This document shows positions 27,533-43,143 of a stretch of DNA of 64,000 nucleotides, piece by piece (the stretch's first letter is position 1; the number at the start of each line of letters is the position of its first letter). Source of the DNA: the human T2T-CHM13v2.0 reference genome, Homo sapiens. The translations under genes were made by a program, and so were the position numbers. The DNA is taken from NCBI RefSeq assembly GCF_009914755.1, contig NC_060929.1. One strand, given 5' to 3'. The notes below the pieces were generated by a model. The model did no database searches, had not been told where the DNA came from, and was given only the letters and a program-made list of their open reading frames with translations.

Positions 27533-29514
27533 TAGATAAAGCTGGAAACCTTCTATATACTTCCACTTTAAAATTAGCTCATCACTAATAAGTACCTAAA
27601 ATATTACATCCTATTAAACAAAAATTAACTATTTTGATTCATCACTTTCTCCTTCAAAATAAATATTTAGATTTAATGTCTGTTGATTATTTTTTAAATA
27701 ACAAGTTTTTAAAATTCATAATATGCTTATTTTTACAGACACAAAATGAAGTGGAATATTAAGGCCTGTGCCAAAATCTATTTTTTAGTTTTCATTTTCT
27801 GTATATTTCACCGGAAAAAGATTTGACCTAAGTCTTATTTCACTTTAGTCACTTTTTGATATTTTAAGAATATCCTATTATCTGCTTAAAGTCACCTTCT
27901 ATACCATAACCAGTGCTTAGATGATTTAATATTGCCAGAAACAATAAAACTGTGTTAAAACTTAAAATATATCATGTTTTCTTGTATTTTCAAGTTTAAT
28001 ACACCTTTCTATCCATTATGGAGAAATTGAAACTGTTGGGTTTTTCAACATTGTTATTTAATATGCTAATTTCTAACACCTAAAAACTTATAAATCTAAA
28101 CTATAATATGTAAGTTATATAGTTGTACCCATGCCAAGGAAAAAAACCCATTATCTAAAAGCTTCCGTAACTTTATAACACTTACATGGTCCAGAAACCA
28201 CATGAATGTTTTAAATTTTGTCCAAAGTAGCCTTTCCTGATTAAACTAAAACAGATATGAAGAACGCTTTTCCTCTTCATGTCATCTGAAATTATCTGTA
28301 GAAGTTTCATTTCTTTTGCTGAGGTCTTAATTACTATCAAGTTGGAAAGACTTCAGATAACAACACCCTTATATGACGTCAACTGTTTATAGATTTAAAA
28401 TGTATTAATTTTAGATTTCATAAAAGCCTTATTTTTTCCCAAAGAAAAAGAGAGTGTATTTTTCTTGGAATCCTGGAGAGGGGTGTTCAGAAAAGAAGTG
28501 TCTGAATTGTAGAAACCAGAGTAGAGTTCAGAGGCTGAAAGATCCAAAGGCAACATTTTTTCTACCTGAGCGTTTGGTTTAAGGTAAGTCGTGTTTTGAT
28601 ACACAGGGTGTGACCTTGAAATCAGAAGCTAGAAAATCAAGTGTAAAGTTCCTGACTTTCTTCATGCAATGCAGGAGGAATACTTTCTTTTGATCCTTCC
28701 TGTAAACTAAAATAGAAATAAACAGCTATTGTTTGCTCTGAGATATCCACTTAAAATCCTCACCACTGCAACAATGGGCAGCTCTGCATGAACAAGGTGA
28801 AGAAAAGAGTATTCAGCGTCATGGCTAGGCTCTTTATCTTTCTAATGATTGAAACACTCTATGTTGTTTTTTTCTTTATCAATCTCGATTTTCATCTTCA
28901 CTCTAACCCACAAAGTTCTGAGTGCCTAGAAAAGGTAGAGAAAAAAGGCAAACACAACTCTCAGATTGTGGGCTGGGGCAACCAGGAAATGGGAATGGCA
29001 TCAACGAAAAGGAAAATTAGAAGGATAGGTTTCTGGGGGGGGATGGAGTTTCACCAAGGTAATAAATTCACTTTCATGCAGGCTGAGTTTGTGGTGTCAT
29101 TGTGACATTCCTGGGAGAGATTATCATTGAAATTCTCCAGTAACAGCATCATTGACAAAAGTCAGGTTAAGTACAGAAGATGGAGGCATCATCTTCGGTA
29201 AAAAGATGGCCAATTTGGTACCTAAGAGGGAAAAAAAATGATAACTTTTTTCCCCTGTTACTAAAATTATCAAATCACCTTGTCAGACTTCATTGGTCTT
29301 TATGTTTTCAGATTTTGGTATCTATCATCTTATTTTCCTGATGTAGTGAGATTTGGCATCCTTAATCTTTTACACTTGTTTCTGTCTTTTTTTTTTCCTT
29401 TGGAATTCCAACTTCTCTAAAGTTTTAAGATGGTTTTCACTGTGGATATTTACATGTGCCAATAAATTCCCATTGCTTATATGAAAAAAAATATGAAAGA
29501 GAGAGAAAAAGAAA

Positions 29515-29591
29515 GAGGAAGGGAGGAAGGAAGGGAGGAAGGAAGGAAGGAAGGAAGGAAGGAAGGAAGGAAGGAAGGGAGGGAGGGAGGG
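29515..29591. repeat. (GGAA)n/(GGGA)n microsatellite
   Basis: Directly visible purine tetranucleotide repeat. Confidence 0.95.
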
Positions 29592-30060
29592 ACCAATCTT
29601 GTCCTAAACAAAATTATACAGGTCAACAAATAGTATGTTTTTTCATCTTGCATATGGCTCTAACCACTCCTTCCCTAATCGCTTACCCCTTCCAGGTATC
29701 AATCCCGCCCACCTTCCCTATATAATGTTGCCTGTTGCATTGTAAATTTAAGTCAAATTCTTACTTCTTTTCTTAATATGTATCTAAGCCTTTATCTCTA
29801 ATTTTAAAATCAAAGGTTTTACTTTCCTCTTGGGAATGACAGGAAAAGTTGTTGGATTTTTTTATCTCCCTGAAGTCAGGTATGTCTACTTCCTCAACAT
29901 ATACTGAAGACTGCTCTCAGAGGGTCTATAACTCAAATCAGTGATTTTACTTCAGATGGTAAAAGCCTATATCCTGGGAAAATAACTTTACATTCATTAC
30001 CTATTTTTTTAAACCATAAATGGCCATTAGCTCTACCTTCTCCATAATTTTCTTCCTTCA

Positions 30061-30531
<471 letters not shown>

Positions 30532-31840
30532 TCAAAAGCCAAGTTTATGCTGATGCTATGCTACAAGAATATAAAATTAAGGTTTTTTTCAATAACCATT
30601 TCAATAAATTTGCTCGAGTTTATAATAATCATACAGATTAAAAATACCAAAAAAATTATGCAGAATCAGTAATACAGAGTATAATATAGAATATAAAATA
30701 TAATAAACTAACAAAAATATAATAATAATCTATACTTCTTTAGTAGTCCTCCACACTCAAATTTTTCTACATGATTTAAGTTCCTCTCTACACAGTAAAT
30801 GAACAGTATTCTGGTTTTTTCATCCGGTGAGTGAGATATTCTCTCACATCTTAAGTTTCTATTATTATATTTAAATTATTTACCTTAAATGAACTTAAAG
30901 ATGTCTTTAATCAAATACTCTGTTTATCTTTGTTAGTCAAAATGTATACAAGATACTATCACAGAACTCCATAGTTCTTCTAGGCAATGATAGTAAGAAA
31001 ACTAGGAATCTGTCAGAGACAGAATGTCTTAGAATGTCTTTCTTTTTCTTTTCCTTCAGAAGATTGTCTTCCTAGTGGGACTTAGTCAGGAAAGCAGTTT
31101 CTTTGCATCATACAAATGATAACGGGGTTCCCTAAGGAGCTGATTTAAAGAAAAGAAAAAATTAAAAATTAAAAAATAACACACAACAAAATCTGAGAAA
31201 TTTGTTATTGGTGACCCAAGTGGTCAGGTGCCCTGGTGGCATGAGTAGTTTGAGAAGTATCCTTGGGTCATATGGCCTTAATATAAAAGCAAATGACACA
31301 AATAAAGACAGTGCACTAAACAGGAAGAAGGTAAGATCATCTTAACACAAACTGATCCCAGCACAGAAAAAATAGCAGCACAGAAAAACAATGGTATGGA
31401 ACAAATAAACACTGCTATATATTGAGCATTACTACTTGCCAGATACAGTGATAAGCACATGTGTTCACTTAATTACAAACTAATTGTCTATTTCTGAAGG
31501 TAGATGTAAGGATAGGTTCATTACCTTCTAAATGAGTGGGTATCTGAGAGCACACATTCACAAGACAGGAATAAAACAAGAGCAAGCTTTAATACTACAT
31601 CCCATCTGCCCTGGACCCAGTATGGAACAGTGGGGTGGATCAATAGAAGCTATAAATGTTCATCACTCCAGGAAGTGGATGGCATACACTGATGCCAGAG
31701 AATGGAGTGGGCACTAAGCCAGAGGATTGCAGGATCCCAAGGAAATAGGGCCTTACCTTGCTGAGTCAGGTGAGGCACAGCAACTCAGACTAGGCACATA
31801 TTCTGTTGACTCACATTGCCCTAAATAGATGACTATAGGA

Positions 31841-32065
31841 CAATAGTTTTCAGCCCAGAGGGATTCTGCCACCAGAGAGGATGTTTGGCAATGTCTGGAG
31901 ACATATTTGGTTGTCACAGGGTAAGAGGAGGGAGGTGAAGTTACTGGCATTTAGTGAATAGATGCCAGGGATGAAGCTAAATATTATGTAATGCACAGAA
32001 CATTCCCCTCAACAAAGAACTACCTGAAGCAGAATGTCAGCAGTGCAGTTCCTGAGGTAGAGCCT
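31841..32065 (+). mobile_element. MER20-like hAT relic
   Basis: TTTGGCAATGTCTGGAGACAT...TACTGGCATTTAGTG...CAGAATGTCAGCAGTGC. Confidence 0.7.
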
Positions 32066-32147
32066 CATTTTTACAGGGCTGAGTGCAGTTCAGCCCTTGA
32101 GGACAGTCAGTCACCAAGGGCTAAGGTACTCATGGCAATTAATATTT

Positions 32148-33004
32148 GCAAGAAAAAAAACACCCCATCAAAAAGTGGGCAAAGGATATGAACAGACATT
32201 TCTCAAAAGAAGACATTTATGTGGCCAACAAAGATATGAAAAAAAAGCACATCATCACTGCTCATTAGAGAAATGCAAATCAAAACCACAATGAGACACC
32301 ATCTCACACCAGTTAGAATGACGATCATTAAAAAGTCAGGAAACAACAGATGTTGGAGAGGATGTGGAGAAACAGAAACACTTTTACACTGCTGGTGGCA
32401 ATGGAAATTAGTTCAACCATTGTAGAAGACAGTTGTGGCAAGTTCTCAAAAATTTAGAATCAGAAATACCATTAGACCCAGCAATTTCATTACTGGGTAT
32501 AAACCCAAAGGATTATAAATCATTCTACTATAAAAACACATGTTCATGTATGTTTATTGCAGCACTGTTGACGATAGCAAAGACTTGGAACCAACCCAAA
32601 TGCCCATCAGTGATAGACTGGATGAAGAAAATGTGGCACATATACACCATGGAATACTATACAGCCATAAAGAAAGGATGAGTTCATGTCCTTTGCAGGG
32701 ACATGGATGAAGCTGGAAATCATCATTCTCAGCAAACTAACACAGGAAAAGAAAACCAAACACTGCATGTTCTCACTCATAGTGGGAGTTGAACAATGAG
32801 AACACCTGGACACAGGGAGGGGAACATCACACACTGGGGCCTGTTGGGAGGTGGGGGGCTAGGAGAGGGATAGCATTAGGAGAAATACCTCATGTAAATG
32901 ATGGGTTGACGGGTACAGCAAACCACCACGGCACATATATACCTAGGTAACAAACCTGCATGTTATGCACATGTATCCGAGAACTTAAAGCATAATAAGA
33001 AAAT
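32148..33004 (+). mobile_element. 5'-truncated L1PA (L1PA7/8-like) 3' end
   Basis: ORF2 C-terminal remnant ([26 protein letters not shown]) plus 3'UTR ending GAACTTAAAGCATAATAA. Confidence 0.92.
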
Positions 33005-33229
33005 GTTTTTGTTTATATATATATATATGATATAAAAAAGGATATATATATATCCTTTATAATATATTGCAAAAAATAAACATTGGGTTACTGAAATGTT
33101 CTGTATCTTAATTGTGGTGTGGGTTAGTAGTTATATAGAGTTGTCAAATTCATTGACTGGTGTACTGAAAATACGTGTATGTTTTATTGCATGTAAATTA
33201 TACCTCGATAAAGTTAATTTTAAAAACTA

Positions 33230-36200
33230 AGTGGGGAAGGCTTCAAGATGGCTTCCACTAAGAAGAGCCAAAATAGTGGGTAGAAAATCACACTTGGAAT
33301 AGATCATCTCAAAGAAAACACTGGAATTCAATAGAAAGGTGACCGGAAATACCTAAAGTAAAGAAGGAAAAGAAAGTCAGGCAGCCTGCTTGGCCAGGAA
33401 CAGCTGGAAGCCAAGAGAGACTCCCTAATATGGGGAAAGGGTAAGTAAGAGGCGCTGAGTGGTTCATATTCCAACCATGAACTCCTGCAATCCTAGGCAC
33501 TGGAGAGCTCCTCAGCCCTCATGGGCCCTGAAACGAATACAGGGAGATGCCAAGAGATTGTGCAAGCGCACTGCTCCATGAAGGAAGCTCACACTGCCAC
33601 CACTGTAGCTCAAAGACTAACCTAGCTGACATCCCAGTTGCCAGCAAACCTTCATCACAGTCACCATTAATAACTGCACCATAAGCCACCATGAAAATTA
33701 CAAATATCACTGATGCTATTTACAGCTGAATAAATTATAGAGAGACTACACTACTTCAGGTGCCCAGAATGAAAGCCATAGTGTCCAACAACTGCAGAAT
33801 ATACATTATTCTCATCAGTACATGGAACATTCTCCAGGACAGACTATATGTTAGGCCACAAAACAAGTCTCATTAAGTTTTTAAAAATCAAAATTATATC
33901 AAGTGTCTTCTCAGACTACAAGGGAATAAAACTGGAAATCAATACCAACAGGAACTTTGGAAATCATACAAACACATGGAAATTAAAAAAAAAAAACATG
34001 CTTATGAATAATCATGGTTCAATGAAGAAATTAGCGTGGAAATCAAAAAATCTCTTGAGAGAAATGAAAATGGAAACACGGCTTATTAAAATCTATGGGA
34101 CACAGCAAAAGTAGTTTGTAGCAATAAATGCCTACATCAAAAACGTACAAAGATTTCTGATGTAGTTTGCTTATGTCCAAATCTCATGTTGAATTCTAAT
34201 CCCCAGTATTGGAGATGGGGCCTGGTGGGAGATGATTAGATCATGGGGGTGGATTTCTCATGAATGATTTAGCACCATCCTCTTGATTCCATCCTCGTGA
34301 TAATGAGTGAGTTCTCACAAGATCTAGTTGTTTAAAAGTGTGTGGCTCCTCCCCGCCATCTCTTGCACCTGCTCTGGCTATGTGACATGTGTGCTCCTCC
34401 TTTGCCTTCTGCTATGATTGTAAGTTTCCTGAGGCCTCTACAGAGGTCAAGTAGTTACCAGCATTGTGCTTCCTGTACAGCCTGCTGAACCATAAACCAA
34501 TTAAACCTTTCTTCTTTAGGATAAACTCTTGAAAACATAAAACCTACAAAGATTGAATCAGGAATAAATAGAAAATCCAAACAGACCAATAATGAGCAGC
34601 AAGAGTGGAGCAGTAATGAAAAGTCCCCCAACAAAGGAAAGCCCAGGACCCCACAGATTCACTGCCAAATTCTACCAAGTATATAGGAGAACTAACACCA
34701 ATCCTCCTTAAACAATTCCAAAAAAATTGAATAGGAGAGAATTCTCACTATCTCATTTACACAACCAGCATTACCCTTATACCAAAACCAGAAGAGGACA
34801 CAACAACAATAAAAAGAGAACTATAGGCCAATATCCCTGATGAATATAGATAGAAAATCCTCCACAAAATACTGGCAAATCAAATCCAACAGTGCATCAA
34901 AAAGATAATATCCCATGATCAAGTGGGATTTATACCGGAGATACAAGGATGGTTTAACATACACAAATCAATAAACGTGATACATCATATCAACAGAACA
35001 AAGGACAAAATCATGGGATATTCTCAATAAATGCAGAAAATCATTTAATAGAATTAACATCCCTTTAGATAAAAACTTTCAACAGACTAGGCATAGATGG
35101 AACATGTCTCAAAATAATAGAGTCCATGTATGACAAACCCACAGCTAATATCACACTGAATGGGCAAAAGTAGAAAGCCTTTTCTATAAGAACTTGAGCA
35201 AGACAAGTATGTCAACTTTCACCACTCTTATTCAATATAGTACTGGAAGTTCTAGCCATTCCAATCAGGCCAGAGAAAGAAAGAAAGGCATCTAAGTTGG
35301 GAAAAATGGAAGTTGAGTTGTCCCTCTTTGCAAATAACATGTATTTTACTTAGAAAACTCAAAAGACTCCACCAGAAAACACTTTGGAGCTGATAAACAA
35401 ATTCAGTGAAGTTGCAGGATACAAAATCAACCTACAAAAATCGGTCTTGTTTCTACATGCCAATAAAGAAATGGCTAAAAAAGAAATCAAGAAGAAAATC
35501 CCATTTATAATAACTGTTAAAAATAAAATACTTAGGAATAAATTTAACCAAAGAGGTAGAAGATCTCTACAAGGAAAATTACAAAACACTGATGAAAGAA
35601 ATTGTAGATGACACAAACAAATGGAAACACATCCCATGATCATAGATCAGAAGGATTAATATTGTTAAAATGACCATAATCCCCAGTGCAATACACAGAT
35701 TCAATACAATTCCCATCAAAATACCAACATCATTTTTCACAGAAATTGAAAAATCAACTCTAAAATTTGCATAAAACCAAAAAAGAGCCAGAGTAGCCAA
35801 AGCAATTCCAAGCAAAAAGATCAAAGCTGGAAGCATCACACTACCTGACTTCAAATTATATTACAAGCCTATAGCAACCAAGACAGTATGGTATCAGTAT
35901 AAAAATAGACAGATAGACCAATGGAACAGAATAGAGATCACAGAAATAAATTCACATATTTATAGCCAACTGATATCCAACAAAGATGCCAAGAACATAC
36001 ACTGGGGAAAGGACACCCTATTCAATAAATGGTGCTAGAAAATTGAATATTCATATGCAGAAGAATGAAACTGGATTCCTATTTCTCACTGTATACAAAA
36101 ATCAACTCAAGATGGATTAAAGACTTAAACAAAAGACCCAAAACTATAAAACTACTAGACGAAAACATAGAGAAAACAGTTCAAGACATAGGTCTAGGCA

Positions 36201-37408
36201 AATATTTTATGGCTGAGACCTCAAAAGCACAGACAACTGAAACAAAAATAGACAATTGGGCTTCTATTAAACTAGAAATCTTTTGCACAGCAAAAGGAAC
36301 AAGAGTAAAGAGACAATCTGTTGACTTGGAGGAAAGATTTGCAAACTATTCATCTAACAAGGGACTAATATCTAGAATTTATAAGGAACTCAAAACAATG
36401 TTTTTAAAAAATCCCATTAAAAAGTGGGCAAAGCACATGGATAGACAATTCTCAAAAGACAGAAATATCAGTGACAAACAGGTAAACGAAAAAAATGCTC
36501 ATTACCACTAATTATCAGGGAAATGAAAATCAAAACCACAATGAGATATCACCTCACACCTGTTAGAATAACTATTATAAAAAGACAAAAATAACAGATG
36601 CCTGTAAGAATGTGGAGAAAAGGGAACTCTTACATACTATTGGTGCAAACGTAAATTAGTACCACTTTTATGGAAAACAGTATGGAGAGCTCTCAGAAAG
36701 CTAAAAATAGAACTGTCATACAATCCAGCAATCCTACTATTGGGTATTTATCCAAAGGAAAAGAAATCAATATATCAAAGGGATACCTGAACTCACACGT
36801 TTATCACAGCACTATTAACAGTAGCAAAGAGTCAACCTAAGTGTCCATCAGCACTAAGTGTCACATCAGATGAATGGATAAAGAAAATGTGACATGTAAA
36901 CACAAAGGAATAGTATTCAGCCATAAAAAATGAAATCGCATCATTTGCAGCAACACAGATGGAACTGGCAGTCATTACGTTAAGTGAAATAACACAGGCA
37001 CAGAAAGACAAATACCTCATGCTCCCCCTCATCTGCGGGAACTAAGAAACTTAATCTGAAGGACATAGAGAATAGAATGGTAGATAATAGAGGCATCGGA
37101 GGATGTGAGGGCGGGAGAGGGAAATGAAGAGAAGTTGGTGAAATGGTACTCACAGTTAGATAGAAGGAAAAAATTCTAACATTCAGTAGTTGACTAGGAT
37201 GACTATAGTTAGCAATAATATATTCTACATTTCAAAATAGTGGAAGAAAGGACTTGAAGTGTTACCAACACGTAGAAATGATGAATACTTAAGCTTATAG
37301 ATCACCCAAACACTCCAACCTTCTCATTATACCTTCTATGTATGTAAAAATTACTCACACGTACTCCATACATATGTAAAATATTGTGTCGTAATAAAAG
37401 AAAAAAAG
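33230..37408 (+). mobile_element. Internally deleted L1MA (L1MA4-like): 5'UTR-like segment fused to ORF2 and 3'UTR, with an MST insertion
   Basis: CAAGATGGC 5' start, jump into ORF2 at ~33787, ORF2 remnants (LINKFSEVAGYKINLQKS; [11 protein letters not shown]), L1MA-type 3'UTR and A tail. Confidence 0.85.
34158..34520 (+). mobile_element. MST (MSTA/B-like) LTR, 3'-truncated
   Basis: TGATGTAGTTTG...AAATCTCATGTTGAATT...AAGTTTCCTGAGGCCTC...CCAATTAAACCTTT. Confidence 0.8.
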
Positions 37409-39187
37409 TAACAATTTCACACTTAAAACATAGTATTTAATGTAAATTCAAATTGCCACATCATTCATTGTTTTCAGTGAACGGTCATTGATTGTCTTTA
37501 TGCAGGGTACTTACGATAGATACATCAGTAATCAGATAAAAACCTAACCCCTGGCCCTCTGAGAGATTACATTCTAATAATGAATCAGCTTTTTAAAAAA
37601 TATTTTGGACCTACCTACTTCATTGGCCAATCTAGACAATGAAGCAAAAAGAGAAAATTAATTAAAAAGTGGCATGGAGGAGGATACCTCCAAAGGGGAT
37701 TATTATAGGGACATTTACTAATAGAACACTCTAAAGCATCAAATATTTCAATTAACCCTCATAACAAGTCCATAAAGTGGGTAACATTATTGTCCCCACT
37801 TGAAAGATAGGGAAATGTTATGCAACTAGCCCAAAGCTAAATATGGTAGATCTTGGATTGAACCCATGTCAGTCTGATTCCAGGTTATAGTGTGTTCCTT
37901 GGAGTGTGCAACTCTGGGGAAATGTGTAGGAGCAAGAAAACCACAGTAGAATTATGAGGATTTTTCAGCCACTGTAACAAAGCCCCAAGATTATATTTAA
38001 CCACCGGATATTAAATTCCTGTGGAGTCACTCCATAATACTCCAGCAAGAAATTAGAAAGTCTCTGAAGAAAACAGTATGTCTTAAACCAAGCTATTTCC
38101 AATTTCCTCTCAAGCACACAGAAATCCCATATTTCTCAGACCCCTGTCTTCTAGGTAGTAGTGTGTGAATCGAGTAGAGGACTCCAAAGAGACCCTAGAA
38201 GATGATGGCACTTAAATTATCACGTGGAAGATCACATGCTTAACATCTGATTCAGATTATGACATGAGTGAGAAATAAATTGTGTTAAGCCACTAAATTT
38301 GGGGATTGTATGTTACATTAGCTAGCTTCAATTATGTTGTCTGGCCCAGGCTCCATAAAGCATAGAAGAGAAAACTTGATAAATTACACTGCAACAACTT
38401 TCTATGTGAGGAAATTTATGATTTATGATTTATTAGTTGATTTACATGTTAATATTATTCCAGAAAACATTTGACGTGCCAAAGAAAGACACACACTATA
38501 TAACAAGATAAAATAGATTTTAAATTGAGAAGTAAAGTGAAGCAAAGGTGAATTTAGAAAAGAAGATACAGCCAGGAGTAGGGTACACAAAATACATTCA
38601 TCGTTTCTACTGAAGATGGATCGCATATTTGGCTCTAAGTTTTCTAGGAACCTAAAGAGGAAATCACAGTGAAGTTCATTATTAACAGTACCCATAGGCA
38701 AACAGGCAAAAAAGCAAGTCAGCTACTCGGAAGAAGCCTGTTTATTCTAGTCTAAGACCAGAGAGAAATTTTTCCTATGGGTCCTCATAAAAATGACACT
38801 GTGAAGTGTATTGAACCACATCCTTAGGAAAAAAATCCTCACAGTAAATCCATAAATGAGTTTTATAAGTCTGTTATTTATAAAAATCCCTTAGCACAAG
38901 TAGGAAAGAAGATGGCCAAGCACAATTCAGGGATAATAATACAGTTTTCGAATGCTGTTCAATGAGGGATGTGAAGAGAACTGGTAATTAAACCTAACCC
39001 ACTTTGTGTAATAGTTTTATAATTAGCTGACATGTTTAAAACAACTCTTTGTTGAATGCAGTCATAATTTACACAAAGGGCACAGATGTTATTATCAAGT
39101 AAATTCCATTTTTTCAAAATTATAAGTCCAAACTGAAAAGCCAAACACAGAAACTGTTATAACACAAATACCTTTTGATGGACTATA

Positions 39188-39561
39188 TGTATTAGTTCAT
39201 TCTCACACTGCTATAAGAACATACCCAAGACTGTGTAATTTATAAAGGAAAGAGGTTTAATTGACTCACAGTTCCGTAGGGCTGGGGAGGCCACAGGAAA
39301 CTTACAATCATGGCAGAAAGAGAAGCAAACACATCCTTCTTCACATGGCAGCAGCAAGGAGAAGTGCAGAGTGAAGGGGGGGGGTAAAACCCCTTATAAA
39401 ACCATCCGATCTCATGAGAACTCACTATCACGAGAACAGCGTGGAGGTAACCACCCCAATGATTCAGTTACCTCCCACAGGGTCCCTCCCACAACACGTG
39501 GGGATTATGGGAACTACAGTTCAAGATGAGATTTGCATGGGGACACAGCCAAACCGTATCA
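39188..39561 (-). mobile_element. THE1 (C/D-like) solo LTR
   Basis: TGTATTAGTTCATTCTCACACTGC...ACAGCCAAACCGTATCA, TSD CTAT(A/T). Confidence 0.9.
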
Positions 39562-39953
39562 CTATTTTAACAATGTAGTTGCCAACAAACACATTGTTTA
39601 GAGGATCAGAGTGCCTCTCTGTAGTCTCACCCGAATAATAGAAATACAGCAGCAGCTTACATACATTGATCAATAGTATTGGACCTGGTTATAAATCATG
39701 ATTTTCAGGGAGTTACTTGCACAATTGTTTATATTCAACATATAGAATACAAGAACGTTAGTTCTACTCTCAAATCTCTCCTATATTTATTTTGCTCCTA
39801 CTCTGGAAAAAGTCTTTCTTTTTAGAACAATGCATCAAATTTATTATAAAAAACCCTTCATCATTTAAATTATGTTTCCCTAAAAAGAATAAATGAAGCT
39901 ACTTAATCATTTGGTATTCTAGTTATAAAACAAAGCACGAGATACCATAGTAA

Positions 39954-40392
<439 letters not shown>

Positions 40393-41099
40393 CTACTGTA
40401 GCAATTTAACAAGACCTGGTCAAAGCAGTAACAAAGTGTCACAGCAAGTTAAGCTAAAATGGAGATGGAATATAAATATAACGAGACTTGGTGATTTTCA
40501 AATTGAGAAATATTAGTTTCTGTGTTTATCTTATAAATATGTATCTACCCATACTTGGTAATTCTCAATGACAAATGGTTGTATTATGAGATGATTCAAG
40601 AAAAGTGAACCATTTTTAAACCTAAATTAAGGTAAGACAAATAAGTTGGAATGAAAAACACGAAACACTTTTAAGGGAAAAAATGGTATCCAAAGGTAAC
40701 GAGACGTTTTTTCACTTTGTTTTTTGTCTGTTGTTTGGTTTAGCTTCTGATATTCTAAATCATTTCACCTTCTCATACTCTCTTGGTACAAACTAAGTCT
40801 TGTCAAATCTCCTTGGAGTGGATTTGATATTTGGAAATACCCAGAAGTTATTTTGGAGCCGAGACTGTTGAATAAAGCCATCCTGTAGCATATATATTTT
40901 GAAACACTTGGGGAAAAAATAACATTTTTAAAATGTATCGTATAATTGAACATACTTCATTCTCTGACAATTTCTGTCTCCTTGGACATTAATTTATGCA
41001 GTTGTGCTAGGTGACAAGCAGAGGTGGATCATAAGGAGGCACTTTTTAGATAAAAACCACAAAGCATTAAAAATAAAACATTAGGTGTTGAAGTGAAGC

Positions 41100-41218
41100 G
41101 GGGGTGGTTACCTCCATGCTGTTCTCGTCATAGTGAGTTCTCATGAGATCTGATGGCTTTATAAGGGGTTTTACCCCCTTTCACTCTGCACTTCTCCTTG
41201 CTGCTTCCATGTGAAGGA
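41100..41218 (+). mobile_element. Internal THE1 fragment, inverted relative to 39339-39457
   Basis: Reverse complement aligns end to end with 39339-39457; no LTR termini. Confidence 0.88.
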
Positions 41219-41481
41219 CAAACACACAAAAGTAAAATAATATTTTAATCATTAATTGCCTGATACATTTCTATAAGACAGTTTCCTATAGTTTTTTGTT
41301 GCATACCTTTTGATCACCCCTTCATGTGACAATTTTGCAATATCATTTTCTATGGAGAGACTATAAAGAAGATCCATTATTTCTCCTAGCAAGATAGATC
41401 AGACTTGGAGCAGGGGAAAGCAAGAAAGAGCCCTGTGGGGATGGATTAAAAATTGAGGTATTGATGAAAGATGTGATTTCT

Positions 41482-41806
<325 letters not shown>

Positions 41807-42755
41807 AGATATGATTTCTAAAATGTGTATATGCATCTGCATTTTCATGTTTATGTACACGTATATGTTATGTGTACATACATAACTTCTAGGAAGCAAA
41901 GGCATCCTAGTAGCAGTGAACATGCAAAACACCCAGCCCTTGATCTTTATTACCATTTACCACTAACAAAAACCAATGAGCATTCTTCATAGAGATTCTG
42001 GTTCCCAGGACTGACATAAGGTAGGTATAAATAGGCCAGGAATATCTTGTTATGAAATAAAATAAGAAATATTAAAAAATAAAAAATGATGAGGACACAT
42101 AACAAACACAGATGGAAGCTTGAAGGGGCTACCAAATCTGGAACACTGTAAGCACTAAAATATTTAAGTAGAGTATTGAATTATAAACCACTTAAAAATT
42201 CATTAGTGTTTACCAATAATAAATAGATTAAGTAAATATATAGAGTAGGAAGAAGGTCTTTTTCATATAGTTGAATGTAAAAGGACAGTTAGTAAATATG
42301 GAAGGAGTACTGGAGTTGGAAAATCATTATTTCACAACTATTATGGTAATAATCAGGAAATAATAATCAGTGGAGCCTATATCCAAAGGAAATTTTTGTG
42401 AGGAGTAAGATATTAGCATGGTCTTAACATGTCTTCCCGTGGGGTACTTATTAGTTGCAAGAGAGAAACAGTAATTGCACAGTGGAAAAGTCAAACAACA
42501 TCTTGACTACATTGTGAACATTAATGTCACCAATGAGGAACAGATGGACATACTGTGCCTCTGCATGTGATGCCCTAAAATGACACGAGATCACCTATGC
42601 AGCATTTGCCCAAGAACACATAGTCTCAGTCTACTCCTAAGGAAACGCTGGACAAACACAAAATGAGGAATGTTCTGTGTTTTTCAAAATGTAGAGACGG
42701 GCTGTATTACTCAGACATGTTAGTTTCTTAAGAGACAAATAAAGGCTATGGAAAT

Positions 42756-43143
42756 TGTATTAGTCTGTTTTCACACTGCTATAAAGAACTGCCCAAGACT
42801 GGGTCATTTATAAAGAAAAAAGATTTAATTGACTCACAGTTACACATGGCTAGGGAGGCCTCTGGAAACTTAAAGTAATGGCATAAGGGGAAGCAGACAC
42901 ATCTTACATGGCGGCAGGTGAGAGAGAGAAGAGCGGGTGAAGGAGGAACTGTCAAACACTTATAAAGCTATCAGATCTCATGAGAACTCACTCACTATCA
43001 CGAGAACAACATGAAGGAAATGGTCCCCATAATCCAGTCACCTCCCTCCCTCGACATGTGGGGATTACAGGTCCCTCCCTCAAAACATGAGGATTACAAT
43101 TCAAGATGAGATTTGGGTGGGGACACGGAGCAAAATCATATCA
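42756..43143 (-). mobile_element. MSTA/THE1D-like solo LTR
   Basis: TGTATTAGTCTGTTTTCACACTGC...GCAAAATCATATCA, TSD (G/A)AAAT. Confidence 0.85.

Noticed and set aside
29515-29591. GGAA microsatellite as a regulatory element
   Set aside because: Common repeat; only about ten consecutive units and nothing in the sequence shows function.
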